A program made the translations under genes and the position numbers. Below the pieces are notes generated by a model. It searched no databases. It saw only the letters and a list, made by a program, of their open reading frames with translations, and was not told the DNA's origin. A stretch of DNA of 62,299 bases, the filler included, from Sphacelaria rigidula (taxonomy: Eukaryota), in the NCBI GenBank assembly GCA_964200075.2. It is 9 parts of 9 records of this genome, joined end to end, with 100 filler letters (N's around TTAATTAATTAA, not from the genome) between each part and the next. Parts side by side here need not be neighbours in the genome. Positions count along the whole stretch, not along the records: positions 48,536 to 55,367 come from CAXNAA020017857.1; positions 55,468 to 62,299 come from CAXNAA020017858.1; 7 more parts are not named here. The stretch is one strand, 5' to 3'. Below are positions 50,251 to 62,299 of the stretch, one piece after another (position 1 is the first letter of the stretch; each line of letters opens with the position of its first letter).

Positions 50251-51448
50251 CGTTGACAGTATGTTACGCAAGATCATCCAATATTTGTGCTGTTTGCAGT
50301 CTCGTCTGTTGACGTGGTTGCTGGCGGTGTGGGCACACCGAAGGCCTTTGGGCGGAGCGCGGGTAATAGAGCCACATTCGACGGTGCACTTTTGCCGGCT
50401 TGCGGAGGTACGGTGATGTAGCTCGCTAGCAGGCCAATAATCAATGCACCGCGCCATGCCTTCGGGTGTTTCGGGTTCAGATTGAAAAAGTTGAGAATAT
50501 TCTGGCAAAGAGCTCGTTTGTGCGGAATGTGTGAGAGTTGCGTGGAAAAGGCAATACGTTTCGCCCTGGTTCATTTATGGGGAATGAATGCATGTCTATA
50601 GTAGACGTCTGGTGAATTGAATTTTGTAAGAGCCTTATTTTTGTGTCAGAACTCGGTCAGTATCCAAAGAGGAGAGTTGATGTCGCCGAGCCGAGGCGTG
50701 AAGTTCTCTCGACGACCGACTTGCCGTGTAAGCAGACAGTTGTGCAGAGCATCATGTTTTGAAGTGGTGAGCACCGTGTACGGGTTCCCCATGTGCTCAG
50801 CAGCCTGTGGGCTCAAGAATCTTCTTGGTTGATGAGAGCTCAGGCATGGAGATGTAGTCGGCAGCTGTGACGAGATGACTCATTGCGGCATTTGAAAGGG
50901 TCACTCTCGAGCGGTTAGACGTGGAGTCCCGAACCGTTCGCAGCCCTCCCCATGTTTTCTCGACTGTAACTCCTTGCATTATTTTTCTAATGAGGGGCTA
51001 CAAGTTTGCGCGTGTCCGTCTGCGCGGCGGGGTCGCTAATTTAAACGAGAACATGGGGTGGGTCGTTACCTTCGTATCAAATGAGTGTGGAGTGGAGACC
51101 GTGCTGGAGACCTACAGTAAGTACTGCAGAATTTGATGGCAGAGATACCCCGGGAAAAGGCAGAATATCCTTTATTTCTATAGTGGTCAGGGTCGACTGC
51201 CACCCTCGATCTTCGACTGTACCGCCCGACACTCGCTGAAGAGCAATGTAAATAGCCGAGTAATTTTGTGACAGTAGCTATAGTGCAGATTGATCTACAT
51301 GCATGTGGGATGGCAGAAATAGGTGTAAAAATATGCTAAATGGGAAATAAGCGAGCGGCAGTCTGTCGGAGCAACATGAATATTGTAATTTTGGGAAAAT
51401 GTCGATTCATTCGATGTCGCGTTTTTGAACGCAGCCCCACTTCACGTT

Positions 51449-51924
51449 AGGCCCGCTTTTATGGCAACGAATCCCGATTTTTACAAATGAGAGGATTTCA
51501 GCCCATCTACAGGCGATTTTCTCCCGTGGATTGATTTTTCGGACCCCGGTCCGTTGGGCAATAATTTTCGGCTAGCTTGAGCAAACTAGATCAATTCTCC
51601 GATTTTCTGGGCGTTGATTTTCGATACATCACAATCCTGCTGAAATTGGGACATTCCCGCATCTCCCCCGCATCTCCCCCGAGTTTTTCTCGAAAAAACA
51701 TCGGGGGAGATGCGGGAGTGTCCCGATTCGGGCAGAAATGTGATGAACCAAAAGTCAACGTCCATTGAATCGGAGAAATGATCTGGTTTGCTCACGGCTA
51801 GCCGAAAAACATTGTCCAACGGAGTGGGGTCCGAAAAATCAATCCACGGGAGAAAATCGCCTGTAGAATGGTTGAAATCCTCATATTTGTAAAAATCGGG
51901 ATTCGTTGCGATAAAAGGGGGTCT
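51449..51924. mobile_element. Foldback element, ~476 bp
   Basis: aggcccgcttttatggcaacgaatcccgattttt...aaaaatcgggattcgttgcgataaaagggggtct, with its symmetry centre near 51690. Confidence 0.9.
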
Positions 51925-53702
51925 TGGTCCATTTGTACACAGTGGTTGTGTTGGAAGCAGCCAACACTGTGGTATGCCTTAGTCGGGGGTAGAGTTCGGG
52001 TTAGCGATAGAATTGGCGGCGTCTCCAAAGTACCAACCATTGTTGACGTACATTTCCAGTGGTCTCCTCACAGCAGAACGGGTGAAATGCGCAGCAGCCA
52101 GCAGAGTTTTATTTGGAAATATTAACCGTAGATACGACCAAAACTTGAGGTCTACTGCATGGACTACCCGCATCGAAAAAAGAGAACAAGCGGGAAGAGG
52201 AACGCAGCCCTGCACCTCGCCGGCACACAAAACCACCTTCGGTCAAAACGAATTACCGTCGATCAAAACGATGATTCCCCAAACTGGCTCTCTAGGAAGA
52301 GGGGTGATTCTTTTCGTACTGAACGCAGTCGGAGACAGGGCTGGGCATGTCAATGGGGATGACTGTAATACATGACTGAACCACGTTACACCGTCATATC
52401 ACAGCTCGAGCAAGCACGCACAGACATCCGCCACGGTAAAAGTGCAGCAAACCTGTTGCTAGCTCCCGTTCATCCATGCACAGTGCTCTGTTTCACGGCA
52501 ATCTATTTGGTATTGGAAAAGGGCCGGCCGTGTTTGTTTAACAAAACTTGCTGAAGATGAAGCCGTTTGTGGGTATTTTATGCGGCTCAGGTCTCACGGA
52601 AATATCGCGTCTCCTCTATTTTTTAAACAGATTTTCCCCGAGTAATTTCGGGGGAGACGAGAATCTGGCATCAACCCAAGAGGGGACCGACCTACAGCTT
52701 TGGGCATGGATCTAAGGCTTTTTTTTTTCGAACAACGTAACAATAACGCTTACCCTGACCCTAACCCCGACCCAAGGCGAACGAGACCCTCGGGCAAGGG
52801 GTGTGTGTAGGTATCCCTAACCCTAACCCTAACCATGGGGATCTTCAATTCGGATGCGGTCCTCTAAGCATGCGGTCCTCTCACGCATTACACTATCTTC
52901 GACATCTTGGTCAAAGGTGGGACGTAGTGGCAAGCAACCTCTGCTCTCCTGACCGTTCTGCACGGTGGATGGTTTGGACTGTCTTGCCCACAAGCGGCAC
53001 CTTCAACACCATCTTCCGTGTTTAGAGCGAAGGCAGCGTGTCTGCTCGATTGGCTTAATCGACGTCAGTGCCAACCTTAGCGATCACGTCCGAAGGGTCC
53101 CAAGAAACTCTCAACTTTTCTAACAAGATCACCAACAGAAAACAGAGGATCCTGATGACTGGGGATGAACATAACGATCATGCGTCCACGTGTTTGTTTT
53201 CACACGAACCAAGCTCGGCTACGTTCGGCTACTAATAGTTTGAGCGTATAGTAGAAGAGGTATCTCAAACTTGAACTTCAAGATATTCTCAAATAAATGT
53301 AAATTACTGAAATATACCGGGAATTTCGTTCGAGATACCTCAAAAAAGGGTGTTTTTTTGTTGCAAACAAAAAACACCCGCGAAGAAGACAATATTCGTC
53401 ACTTTTTATCGGCCCCCAAAATGACTTAATCCGCAAGGGGGGAAACGGAAGGAAGAGGAGGGGCGACATTTAAACACGGCGGTTATGTGCTGTTGCACAC
53501 GGCGTGGATGTGTCCGTTGCGTCCAGCGTCTTTTGTCCCGACAGGCGGTAACGGACACGAAATGCAGACGTTGAGCGACAGTCTGCGATGGGCGAGGGAC
53601 TTTCAGTGCGCTCGCGGCCGGAGGAGTGGGGGGGGGTCGGGTACGGGATATTGACTCTGAGCTGTCAGCGAAACATGGTGAACACGATCGGGGAGGGGGG
53701 AG

Positions 53703-53998
53703 GTTCAGGAAGTGAACAGTTAATCCATTGAACCAGTGAGCGCTCATTTGTTCAATGAGTACACTGTTCGCTTCCTGAACAAGAGGTATATATATATGCT
53801 GTGTGGCCCGTCCCGGCATGACACATCAGTGATCTCCGGAGCCCCTTACCCCTAGCAAATCTCACCGTTCATGTGCCTAAATTTCTTCCACAATCGATCA
53901 TGCCGGGACTATACCTTTTGTTCAGCAAGCGATCAGTTTATCCATTGAACCAGTGAGCGCTCACTGGTCTAATGGATAAACTGATCGCTTGCTGAACA
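53703..53998. repeat. Two copies of an ~80-bp palindrome (53703-53780 and 53919-53998)
   Basis: Both are centred on tgagcgctca, with gttcag...ctgaac ends. Confidence 0.88.
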
Positions 53999-54140
53999 GG
54001 GGGCGCTCATGATCTTGCATGCCAGTCATATATATATATATATACATACAGGGTTAGGGTCATCTGCCGTGGGAGACAACGAAAGGTTGAATTCATAGTA
54101 GTACGGTGGTCTCTACCGCCAGTATTATCGACCACACCAG

Positions 54141-54375
54141 CGGGTGTAATGCGTGAGAGGACCGCGTGCTCAGAGGACCGCATCCGAATTTGAACATCCC
54201 CTTGGTTAGGGTTAGGGTTAGGGTTGGTGTTATGGTGTAGGGTTCGTGTTATGATTAGGGTCAGGGGTGCGGTCCCTGCAGGGACTGGCGCGATGTGTCT
54301 CGAAAGCAGTCGATTCTGGCTGTCTTGAAATGCGATGCGGTCCAAAAACTACGCGATCCTCTCACGCATTACACA
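54141..54375. mobile_element. Second MITE family carrying (TTAGGG)n (partial copy ~52815-52892)
   Basis: Inverted ends gtgtaatgcgtgagagga / tcctctcacgcattacac, with internal ggttagggttagggttaggg. Confidence 0.78.
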
Positions 54376-55718
54376 CGGGTACGACCATTGCGTTTTGCGC
54401 TAGACCGTCAAACCTTTGAGCCAAATTTCGATCATTTTGGTTGCTACCCGATAAGGATGAGCTTCTAACGTGCCAGTAGTGGGGCGGTTTGCCTGTGATG
54501 ACCGCTAGTAAGCAAGGCGACCGTGGACCCTCTGCGCCCGTATCGCAACCAGCATCGACCTTCAAAACCGAACATTGCTCCGTCAAGTCCTGCAGCCCAC
54601 CACACCGCTCCTCACAATCCCCGTGTATAGTCCCCAACACCTATTTTTCTGCCCGACCGGCGACGACCAATGCACCCAATACTTTAATGCCCGCCGGCAC
54701 TCGATGCGGGCGACTTCGGTTCCACGGCGGGTACCCACATGGCAGCCCTCGTTCACAAGATATGGCCAGCTGGCGCTGGAGGGCCCTCTACTTCCGGTGT
54801 GCCCGTAGCCCAACTTTTACCTCGCTGTCTCTATATAAGCTCACCTGCCCTCTTATAGCGCTATGATGCTAGGCCTGAAAATCCGATACTCTTCAGTCGA
54901 CCATGCGCTGCTGACACCGCCGACAGCTATTCTTCCAGATATTATATTGTCTGCTCTTGTTTCAGACACATGGTGTTTTGGGGTTGAGTGCTCAATTACT
55001 CAGGGTGCTCCGTTCCCTCTGCAGTAGAGAGTACCGGTGGTCATGAAAAATGGTTGACGGGAATACAAGCAATTCTGGTTGCTCTGGGGCACCCCGAATC
55101 TGTTCTCTCTGTTAAAGGATTCACTGAGAACCCCTTTGTCGTTGTCGTTGTCGTTGTTGCTGTTGTTGTTGTTGTTGTTGTTTCCTGTAGTTGCGGGTTG
55201 CCATGCGTACACACTTCACCATGAAGTGAGTGTCGATGATAAAGGGTTAGCGATGGTTCTGCGAACCGTGTCACCGTGTGTTCGTCAAATCCGTCCCGTG
55301 GGTGTGTCACGAGTTGATCCGGCAGTGTACCACCCTGCGGAGGGCCATCGTGCGGAAGCGTCCCTTCNNNNNNNNNNNNNNNNNNNNNNNNNNNNNNNNN
55401 NNNNNNNNNNNTTAATTAATTAANNNNNNNNNNNNNNNNNNNNNNNNNNNNNNNNNNNNNNNNNNNNAAAAAAAAAAAATGGGCCTTCCGTTTTTTTTTT
55501 TCAAAGAGGTTAGGGGGTTCTCGTGAAATATGGTCTTAACCATAGTAGAACGCCCTAAAGCAGAGAAAAAAGTTGAAAAAACCAACGTGACCGACTTTTT
55601 TTTGTTAATTGTGCCTTAGAGAGCACCGACACGAAATTTCAAAACACGAAAACCAAACGTGGGCCGGTGAGTGGCCTGCGAAATACTGTCTCGAATTTCT
55701 ACCGACCCGGTTTTTGAT

Positions 55719-55979
55719 AGGCCCATTCTCTTTTATACATTTAGAGTTGGACCCTGAAATTTGGTATGGACAATGCATAGGGCATAAAAAAAATTACTGC
55801 GATACCAAAATCTTTTTTTTGATGAGTTAAGGGCAATAATCGGTTTTCAGGTATCAGTAAAATGCCCTTAACTCATGAAAAAAAAAAATGGTACCGCAGT
55901 ATTTTTTTTTTTATGCCCTATGCATTGTCCGTGCCAAATTTCAGGTTCCAGCTCCAAATGTATAAAAGAGAATGGGCCT
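55719..55979. mobile_element. Foldback element, 261 bp
   Basis: aggcccattctcttttatacattt...aaatgtataaaagagaatgggcct, with ~116-bp arms and a short loop. Confidence 0.9.
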
Positions 55980-56102
55980 GCAAACTTCAAATCCACGTCT
56001 AGGGTGGCCCAGCTCGTACAGCAGACAGCAGACAGCAGTAGTAACATCAGCACCACCAGAGAGAAGTGACAACGAGCGATAGCGTTTGTAACCCACGAGA
56101 TC

Positions 56103-56402
56103 ATGGCGGGCCTGCTGTCCGAGAAGGACGACTTTTTGGTCGCGGCCTCAGGCACGCACTCGGAGTACGGTTTGCTGTTGTTTTGACATGACAACAACAA
56201 CAGGCTTCCCAGTCGGTATCTCGTGGCGATGGATATTGTACCTTTCGAGCCATCGTCCGTGTCTACAGAGCGAGTGTTTTCGATTTTGAGGGGGTGCTTG
56301 AACTCCCGGCAGGAGAAGACGTTACGTGACCCGATCAAATCCGTAGTTATGATGAAGTACAATCGGTACCAGCAGTTCGACAAGATTTTCAATTTCGACT
56401 GA
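56103..56402 (+). pseudogene. hAT transposase C-terminal dimerisation-domain remnant
   Basis: LLLF*HDNNNRLP..VAMDIVPFEPSSVSTERVFSIL...Q..L.D.I.SVVMMKYN. The conserved FW is mutated to F-stop. Confidence 0.85.
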
Positions 56403-56859
56403 CGGTAGATGACGCGGGGGTGGTAGTGGTAGCTTGTAGCTTGTAGTTCGCCAGGCGAGAGGCCAAAGGCTGCAATGCCCGGTGTCTAGAGGCTACAATG
56501 CCGTACTGCTGTATCAAGTACCGTAAGTGTAGTGACGTTTGTTGTTTCCGTACGTGGGTTAGGGTGTAGGTGTGCAGGTTGTGGTCTCCAAACTCAAAAA
56601 CTGAAAAAAAGCTTCATTTTTCAATTATAAATAATCAACAAAACTTCGAATGCCCAACTTGCCGTCTTGTCCTCATGATAGAAGGCGCGCCTCGTGAGGG
56701 GAAACTCCCACAACGCCACAACAAGGGCGGGGATAAGGCGCATAGAGCGCCTAATTTGCGCTAAAAAAGCTTAGAATGGAGCTTAAAAAACAAAAAAAAC
56801 TTACAAAAAAAATAGAGCTTAATTTCATGAAAAAAACGCGCATACGGAACTAAAGCCCA

Positions 56860-57015
56860 AGTCAAGTGCCGCTTTGTGCCTTTCGACCGCGGGTTTTCGA
56901 TCGAAAATGATTATTTTTGTCTCAATTTTGAGTTGAAGCCAACTAGGAACACAAATGTGGTCGACCTATCAGGTCGGCAAAAAAAATCGACTGCACTTTT
57001 TCGATCGAAAAAAAT
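56860..57015. repeat. Interspersed repeat (second copy ~58120-58310)
   Basis: agtcaagtgccgctt.gtgcctttcgaccgc..atcgaaaa..ctaggaac..gacctatcag.tcggcaaaaaaa is shared. Confidence 0.8.
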
Positions 57016-57498
57016 GATAAGGGCGCTGGAATCGACTTGAGCTAAATTTCCTCGTTTTGGTGTTGTTCGGTCCACCAGATGAATTTCAAGCTTTCGATCG
57101 AAAAGAGACAGTGAAATTCGTGAAACGGTACATGGTCACTCGTGTACTGCAGACGGTACAGACTGTCTGCACTGCTTGCATGCAGTGTCTTGAGTGCGTG
57201 TGTGCGTGTTTCGTAAAGGAGGATATAAAATAGAAGCGGGCATCATGCAGCGCAGACAGCCCAGGACTATCAGCTCTCTCTGCTTACTATGCCACGTGAA
57301 AAGGACTTCAGCAACGTGCAGCTCTTTACTGCCTGTACTGTTGTCCGTGAGCATGCACGCAACTCGGTTCCCCACGGTACCACGCAGTTCCGTTGCTCAT
57401 CCCTCCCATGACAGAAGATGCGCAAGTTTTCGCCAACAAGAATAAAGAAAGCACACCCAAATACTGCAGTGTATCTGTTTCTGGGCTCAGGTCGTGCT

Positions 57499-57827
57499 TG
57501 AGGCCTTTTTACCAACTGGTCGGAAAAAATGGTTGACGCGAATAATGAGGGGCCTCCTACATACCTCGAACGCTAACCCTAACCCTGACCACGAAGACAT
57601 ACCGAGAACCCTCGGGCGAGGGGGGTGCAGAGTGCTCCTTGGGCACAGTGTGCGTTTCCAGAGCTCAAATAGATGCCTTTCAGCCGATTTTGGAACAAAA
57701 CACGTTCTGGATAAGCTGGGTCTACTGCTCACTGCTCACCTGTATCTGTTGGTGGTTTCATCCCTCGCCCCGACTAACACTAAAACGAGTATCTTTTAAT
57801 TTCAACCATTTTTTCCGACCAGTTGGT
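57499..57827 (+). mobile_element. Telomere-hexamer element variant with different inverted repeats
   Basis: accaactggtcggaaaaaatggttga / tcaaccattttttccgaccagttggt flank ctaaccctaaccct plus the accgagaaccctcgggcg core. Confidence 0.8.
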
Positions 57828-60800
57828 ATCGTCTGTTGTCGTGCTTTGTGCTGCAGGGTTGCGGCCGTAGCTGAGAATGAGTTGGATGGAGTTTGCATGG
57901 TCCTGTGAACAGGTGTTACCTGACCCGGTGGTCTGAAAGATAGGAGCACACCTTGGACAAAATATGGTCAACAGTTGCAACAGACGAGAAACGTACTGCA
58001 TAAAGTATAGGCCTATTGCGACTATTGTCGGCCGGCACTAGTTGCTGTAGGCCTATACTTTATGCAGTACACTTCTCGTCTATTGCATCTTTCGACCATG
58101 TACTGTCCAGCGTGTGGATAGGAGTCAAGTGCCGCTTCGTGCCTTTCGACCGCATGATCTCAATCGAAAACGATTCCTCTTCACCTCGAGGTATTCTTCT
58201 CCGCGCGGCGCTAATTACGATTTTGGGTTGAAGCCTTCTAGGAACATAAATGCGGTGGACCTATCAGATCGGCAAAAAAAACTCGACTGCATTTTTTCGA
58301 TCGAAAAAAAAAGTGCCAAGACACGCAATGAGACACGCCCAACACGCGGCCCTGACAAGCGTAGGTTACACCGCGAGCCTTTGAGCCGCTCTTAGGTGTT
58401 CCCTTCAAAACAAGAAGCTTTGATAAAAGGACCCGATTGCTTTTCGATTATTCGAAAATAAGATGGGAAAAAGAAGCTGGTGAACGGAATTTAAAGTCCC
58501 GCCGCGTTTTTTCTTTGTGGAAGGGGGGATTCACAAAACAACGCTAAGCGTACTGCGAACCACGGCCCCACACTGTCACGCCACTACAGACTCCTGTGAC
58601 TGTTGCACTTTTTTTATCGATCGGTACAGCAGACAGTATAGTCCGGTGGCAGCGCTCTCACCTGCTGAGCTCTACGCACGAGGCCATGCCCTTGCGTACA
58701 AGCCCGCGGCTGCACTGATACGCGGCATCACCCGCCGGGCAAATGAAATATTGGCGTACTTGACATCTTGTAAATTATCGTGGGACGGTAAGCGCGAAAA
58801 ACCCAATATGTGATACATCTTGTTTGCGGTATGTTGCTTGCTTCGACCGAAATAAGACCCCCTTCCCCTTTTTCCTCCGATTCAGGCGGGGCTGTCAGCG
58901 GATAACATTGTTTTTAAAGGTGTCTCGCCTACAGGGGATTTAGTCAACCCCATTGGGCGCCAGGCCTCTTTTCGGAACAAATGTATCGACTGATCTTCGA
59001 CACCAGTAGCCCCGACCCCATCACAGGTAGCTAAGCAGCTCCTTCAGGGTCTACGACAACACTCCGGAAGACAGCATACCCTGTATTCCGTGACCGTCAA
59101 CCGCTTTATGACATGATACTCTGACTAAACCATCTATTTCCGACGTATTTCCAGCGGTCCAAATGGGGGTCCATCTGAAGGGGCCGGCGTCCCACAGGCG
59201 AACCCCTCAACTGGATTTTGAATAAGCGAATTCCTCGAGAGAAAATCCACAAACCATTCGTACCCAGTAATGGGCCAACCTCCAACCTTTCGATCACCAA
59301 GGCGGGTCATTTATTGAAGCGGCATCACTTTCGCTCGAAAAAAATTTCAGGTCCAGATGACGACCAAGGGGTTGTAACCGGTGCTCTCGTTCCGTGCTGT
59401 CGGCGTGCTCGGAACAAAAAACAATTACTACGGCTATACTTGTACGGATACTGTTGTACACATTTTCCACACACTGGACGACAAATTGCATTGTTGAAAA
59501 CGTGTATTACGTACAGAGTACAATTTGTTGTCGATTGCAATAGACGACGCAATAGTCGATACTGCATGCAGCATACTTCTGACAGTGCAATCTATTGCTC
59601 AGGACGCAACGTTTTGATATTTGGACGAAAAATAATGGTGAGAGCCCTTCGCCGTGTAAGATGGAGCGCTGTGCTGTACACCGATTGACGCAGGTGCTCT
59701 ACAGTATGACTTACACGGCAACCAGCACAGAAAGTTGTACTGTACTGCACAGTACAACACTGGGTACTATACAGCACTGTCTGTGCGATGCTTACGAGTT
59801 ATACTAACGGTACAACAACGGTACTATACTGACAACCCCGACTGCTGCACTTTGAGCTATTATACTCGTAGTGTGGTAGCAGTACAGTGGGAAACCTTTA
59901 CTGGCGACAACAATGGCAAAATAAAAACACAGCCATGCCGTATTATCGTCACATCAAGTACAGGGTGTACCTGCCACTGACTGAACACAGTTGTTTGTCC
60001 GCAGCCCCGAGCGGGGTCTCGTTCTAATCATAGTGCCGCACCTGGCGCCGTACAGCACCCTATCGCGGGTGGTGGGATTTGGATTTGGGAGCAAAGTTCA
60101 GCACCTACTCCTTCGCTTCTTCGTCTGCTACGAGTATTATAGGGCAGTTTTGAGGTGTGTACAGAAGATTGTTACTCGTCGGAAGAGCTTGAATAAATGA
60201 GGGGCTTCTTTGATTCGTCCGTTGACCTAACTGAGCGAAGTTGACTTGGTTGCGCGGGCTACTCGGCGTCACTTAGTGGCTCATGATTAGAGCAAAAAAA
60301 GCTTGGGGGCCAAACCCCATCAGGCTCTCCCCGACCCCCTCGAGGCGGGTTGGACCCCGCAACATGTTGAAGCACGGCTGGAACAAACACCATAAGAGTA
60401 CCGGTACAATCTGAGGAACACATCAGCAGCACAGACAGTTACTTCATAGCGTGCTGGGGTGTCCGAGCGTATGAGGATGCGATATTACCTCTTGCTTCGC
60501 GGTGCGGGACAAAGGTGCAGCCTTGCGTTGTGCTGTTGTTGTACTATGCAACGGGGCTGCGGGGCTGCGTGACGGGTCGGCTGTTTTCACATCCCAAAAT
60601 CCGCTCCAGGCTGGATACAGATATCGACAATCATGTGAAAATGGTTGAATCTTTCTCGACATTTTACATAATTTCACCAACCCACCCACGACCCCCGCAT
60701 CTATTATGAATGCCCGTGTAAGATAATGCGTGCGTTTGAAAAAAAAAGACACAAAACATCGCGACGACCGCACGGGTGAAAATTCAGACAAGTGCGACGA

Positions 60801-61022
60801 TACCCAGCGCACTGAAGGACGAAGTGCAGTGCCTCGACCGACGGTAATCATCGAAGACTTGTTCTCCAAAGGTGCTCGTGGCGAACCTTCTTTCTCAAAT
60901 GTTCGTAAACTTCTCAGTTCAGCCGCAACCATCATCAACTCATTTATGCCCGCGTAATATCATCACCCTTGGCGGGAATAAACAACACGATACGTGTACA
61001 CTACAGGCACAGACAGACACAC

Positions 61023-61331
61023 CTTGGCCATCTGATACCAAGACATCTCCTGTGCAGGCCGCTCCGCACCCTGCATTTCCTCATCGATCTCATATTCCCT
61101 CCCACCACCACTGCCACCGCTCATAGCACGAGGTGTCGCCGACGCCGAGCGTCCTCGTCGATGCCTTGAGGGACTGAGAGTATTGTTCGCGGGGGGCGTG
61201 GGTCGCGGGAGCCAAGACGACCGCCGTGGTGTCTCAACCTCCGTAGGGCTGATATTACTGTACCTCGTAGCGATCCCAGTGTTATTGTCGCTGTTACTGC
61301 TGTCTGTGGGCGTTGATGCCTTGTTTCCCAT
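61023..61331 (-). CDS. First exon of a probable alpha/beta-hydrolase-fold protein with an N-myristoylation motif
   Basis: ATG at 61331, MGNKAST...QEMSWYQMAK|gtgtgt, 309 nt. MS.YQMAK is, from recall, the segment preceding xGYQELVNAIIRPPR in stramenopile ABHD-type hydrolases. Downstream exons were not found in the contig. Confidence 0.6.
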
Positions 61332-62299
61332 ACCTACGCTGTGTCTTTTCCCATACCCTATTTCACGTTCTGATTCTTTGCGAGGCCTTCCGCATTTGGT
61401 TCCCTTTTCATCTGGCCTTCTCAGATCCGCGATATAGTAATCTACTACTTTCCTCCACGTTTGTTTACACACCATGAATCAACCCACTACAACAGACAAC
61501 AAATAAATGATGACACAGAAAACACTCACCAGCGCCCGAAAAGTAGATGAGGTCATCATACCTATCCGAATACTTTTGGTGTGCTCGGGCAGGAATATGA
61601 TGCCGATGTGTGCAGTTTGATTGCGATAACAGTCTTGAATCCCCGTTCCTGACGCGCGTAAATATAATACTGTAGTAATAGATACGAGTACAAGTATACC
61701 CCTCGTATTTCATTCCCACACAGTACAGTATTCAGTTTTCATTCGTTCCCGGATGGGTTTTATTCCATTTTAGTTGCAACAGTAGTACCGAACATCAGCG
61801 ATGATACAATATCAGCCGGCCGAAATCTCGAAGATTCACCGATATCGCCACGCGGAGCTCACGTTAGAAAAAGTTGGACCTGATGTTTTTTCACTCATCA
61901 TTCGCGAGGTATATTGAATTCGTCGACACATACATTCAAACGTCCGAACAAACGCCGTGAAGTATTTTCTTTATTCTTCTCTGCAGTGAGAAGTACACAA
62001 CAACCAAACTGATTGACCGTTATTGTTCTCGTTGGTATTACAATTGTATATCACGGCGAAAAAGACAGCGGAACAGAACTTCAAGAGACGTTAGAACGTG
62101 TGGGCGAGTACTTCGCAGATGATGTATAAAAAACGCGGGTCCCAATCAGCATTGTTATTATTTTTTCTGATGTTAGTTGTTGCATCGGAATGTTCAGTAG
62201 GTCACCAGTATCGACCTAATTCACATGATGATGTGTTGTCGTCCCATTTATTCTGGTCACCAGTCTACATCTTTCGGTGTATGTGGGTGCATCAGCCGG

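Noticed and set aside
6835..55467. Regular 6.93-kb periodic TTAATTAATTAA motif
   Set aside because: Artificial linker embedded in N runs, not biological.

Overview
Eukaryotic, intron-rich and repeat-rich genomic DNA, most likely from a brown alga (Phaeophyceae/stramenopile). This is inferred from a bipartite plastid pre-sequence, stramenopile-type E1 and SPRY sequences and TTAGGG-type repeats. The window is not one locus: it is nine size-sorted ~6.83 kb contigs joined by 100-bp N44-TTAATTAATTAA-N44 linkers. Recognisable gene pieces are the 5' exons of a ubiquitin-activating enzyme E1 (UBA1-like), three exons of a plastid-targeted CPP1/CDF1-like J-like protein head-to-head with the first exon of a DDX41/Abstrakt helicase, one exon of a probable 7TM protein, two exons of an uncharacterised protein, the last two exons of a SPRY-like protein, and the first exon of a probable N-myristoylated alpha/beta hydrolase. 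The rest is degenerate Copia, Gypsy and hAT remnants, tRNA-derived SINEs, MITEs, long foldback palindromes and mini/microsatellites. I found no convincing novel multi-gene system. The most interesting oddities are a short retroposon-like element with a C-rich tail (13-bp target duplication inside the Copia RT active-site codons), non-autonomous elements carrying telomere hexamers plus a GC hairpin, and several end-to-end palindromic elements. All family assignments are from recalled motifs; no database search was run.
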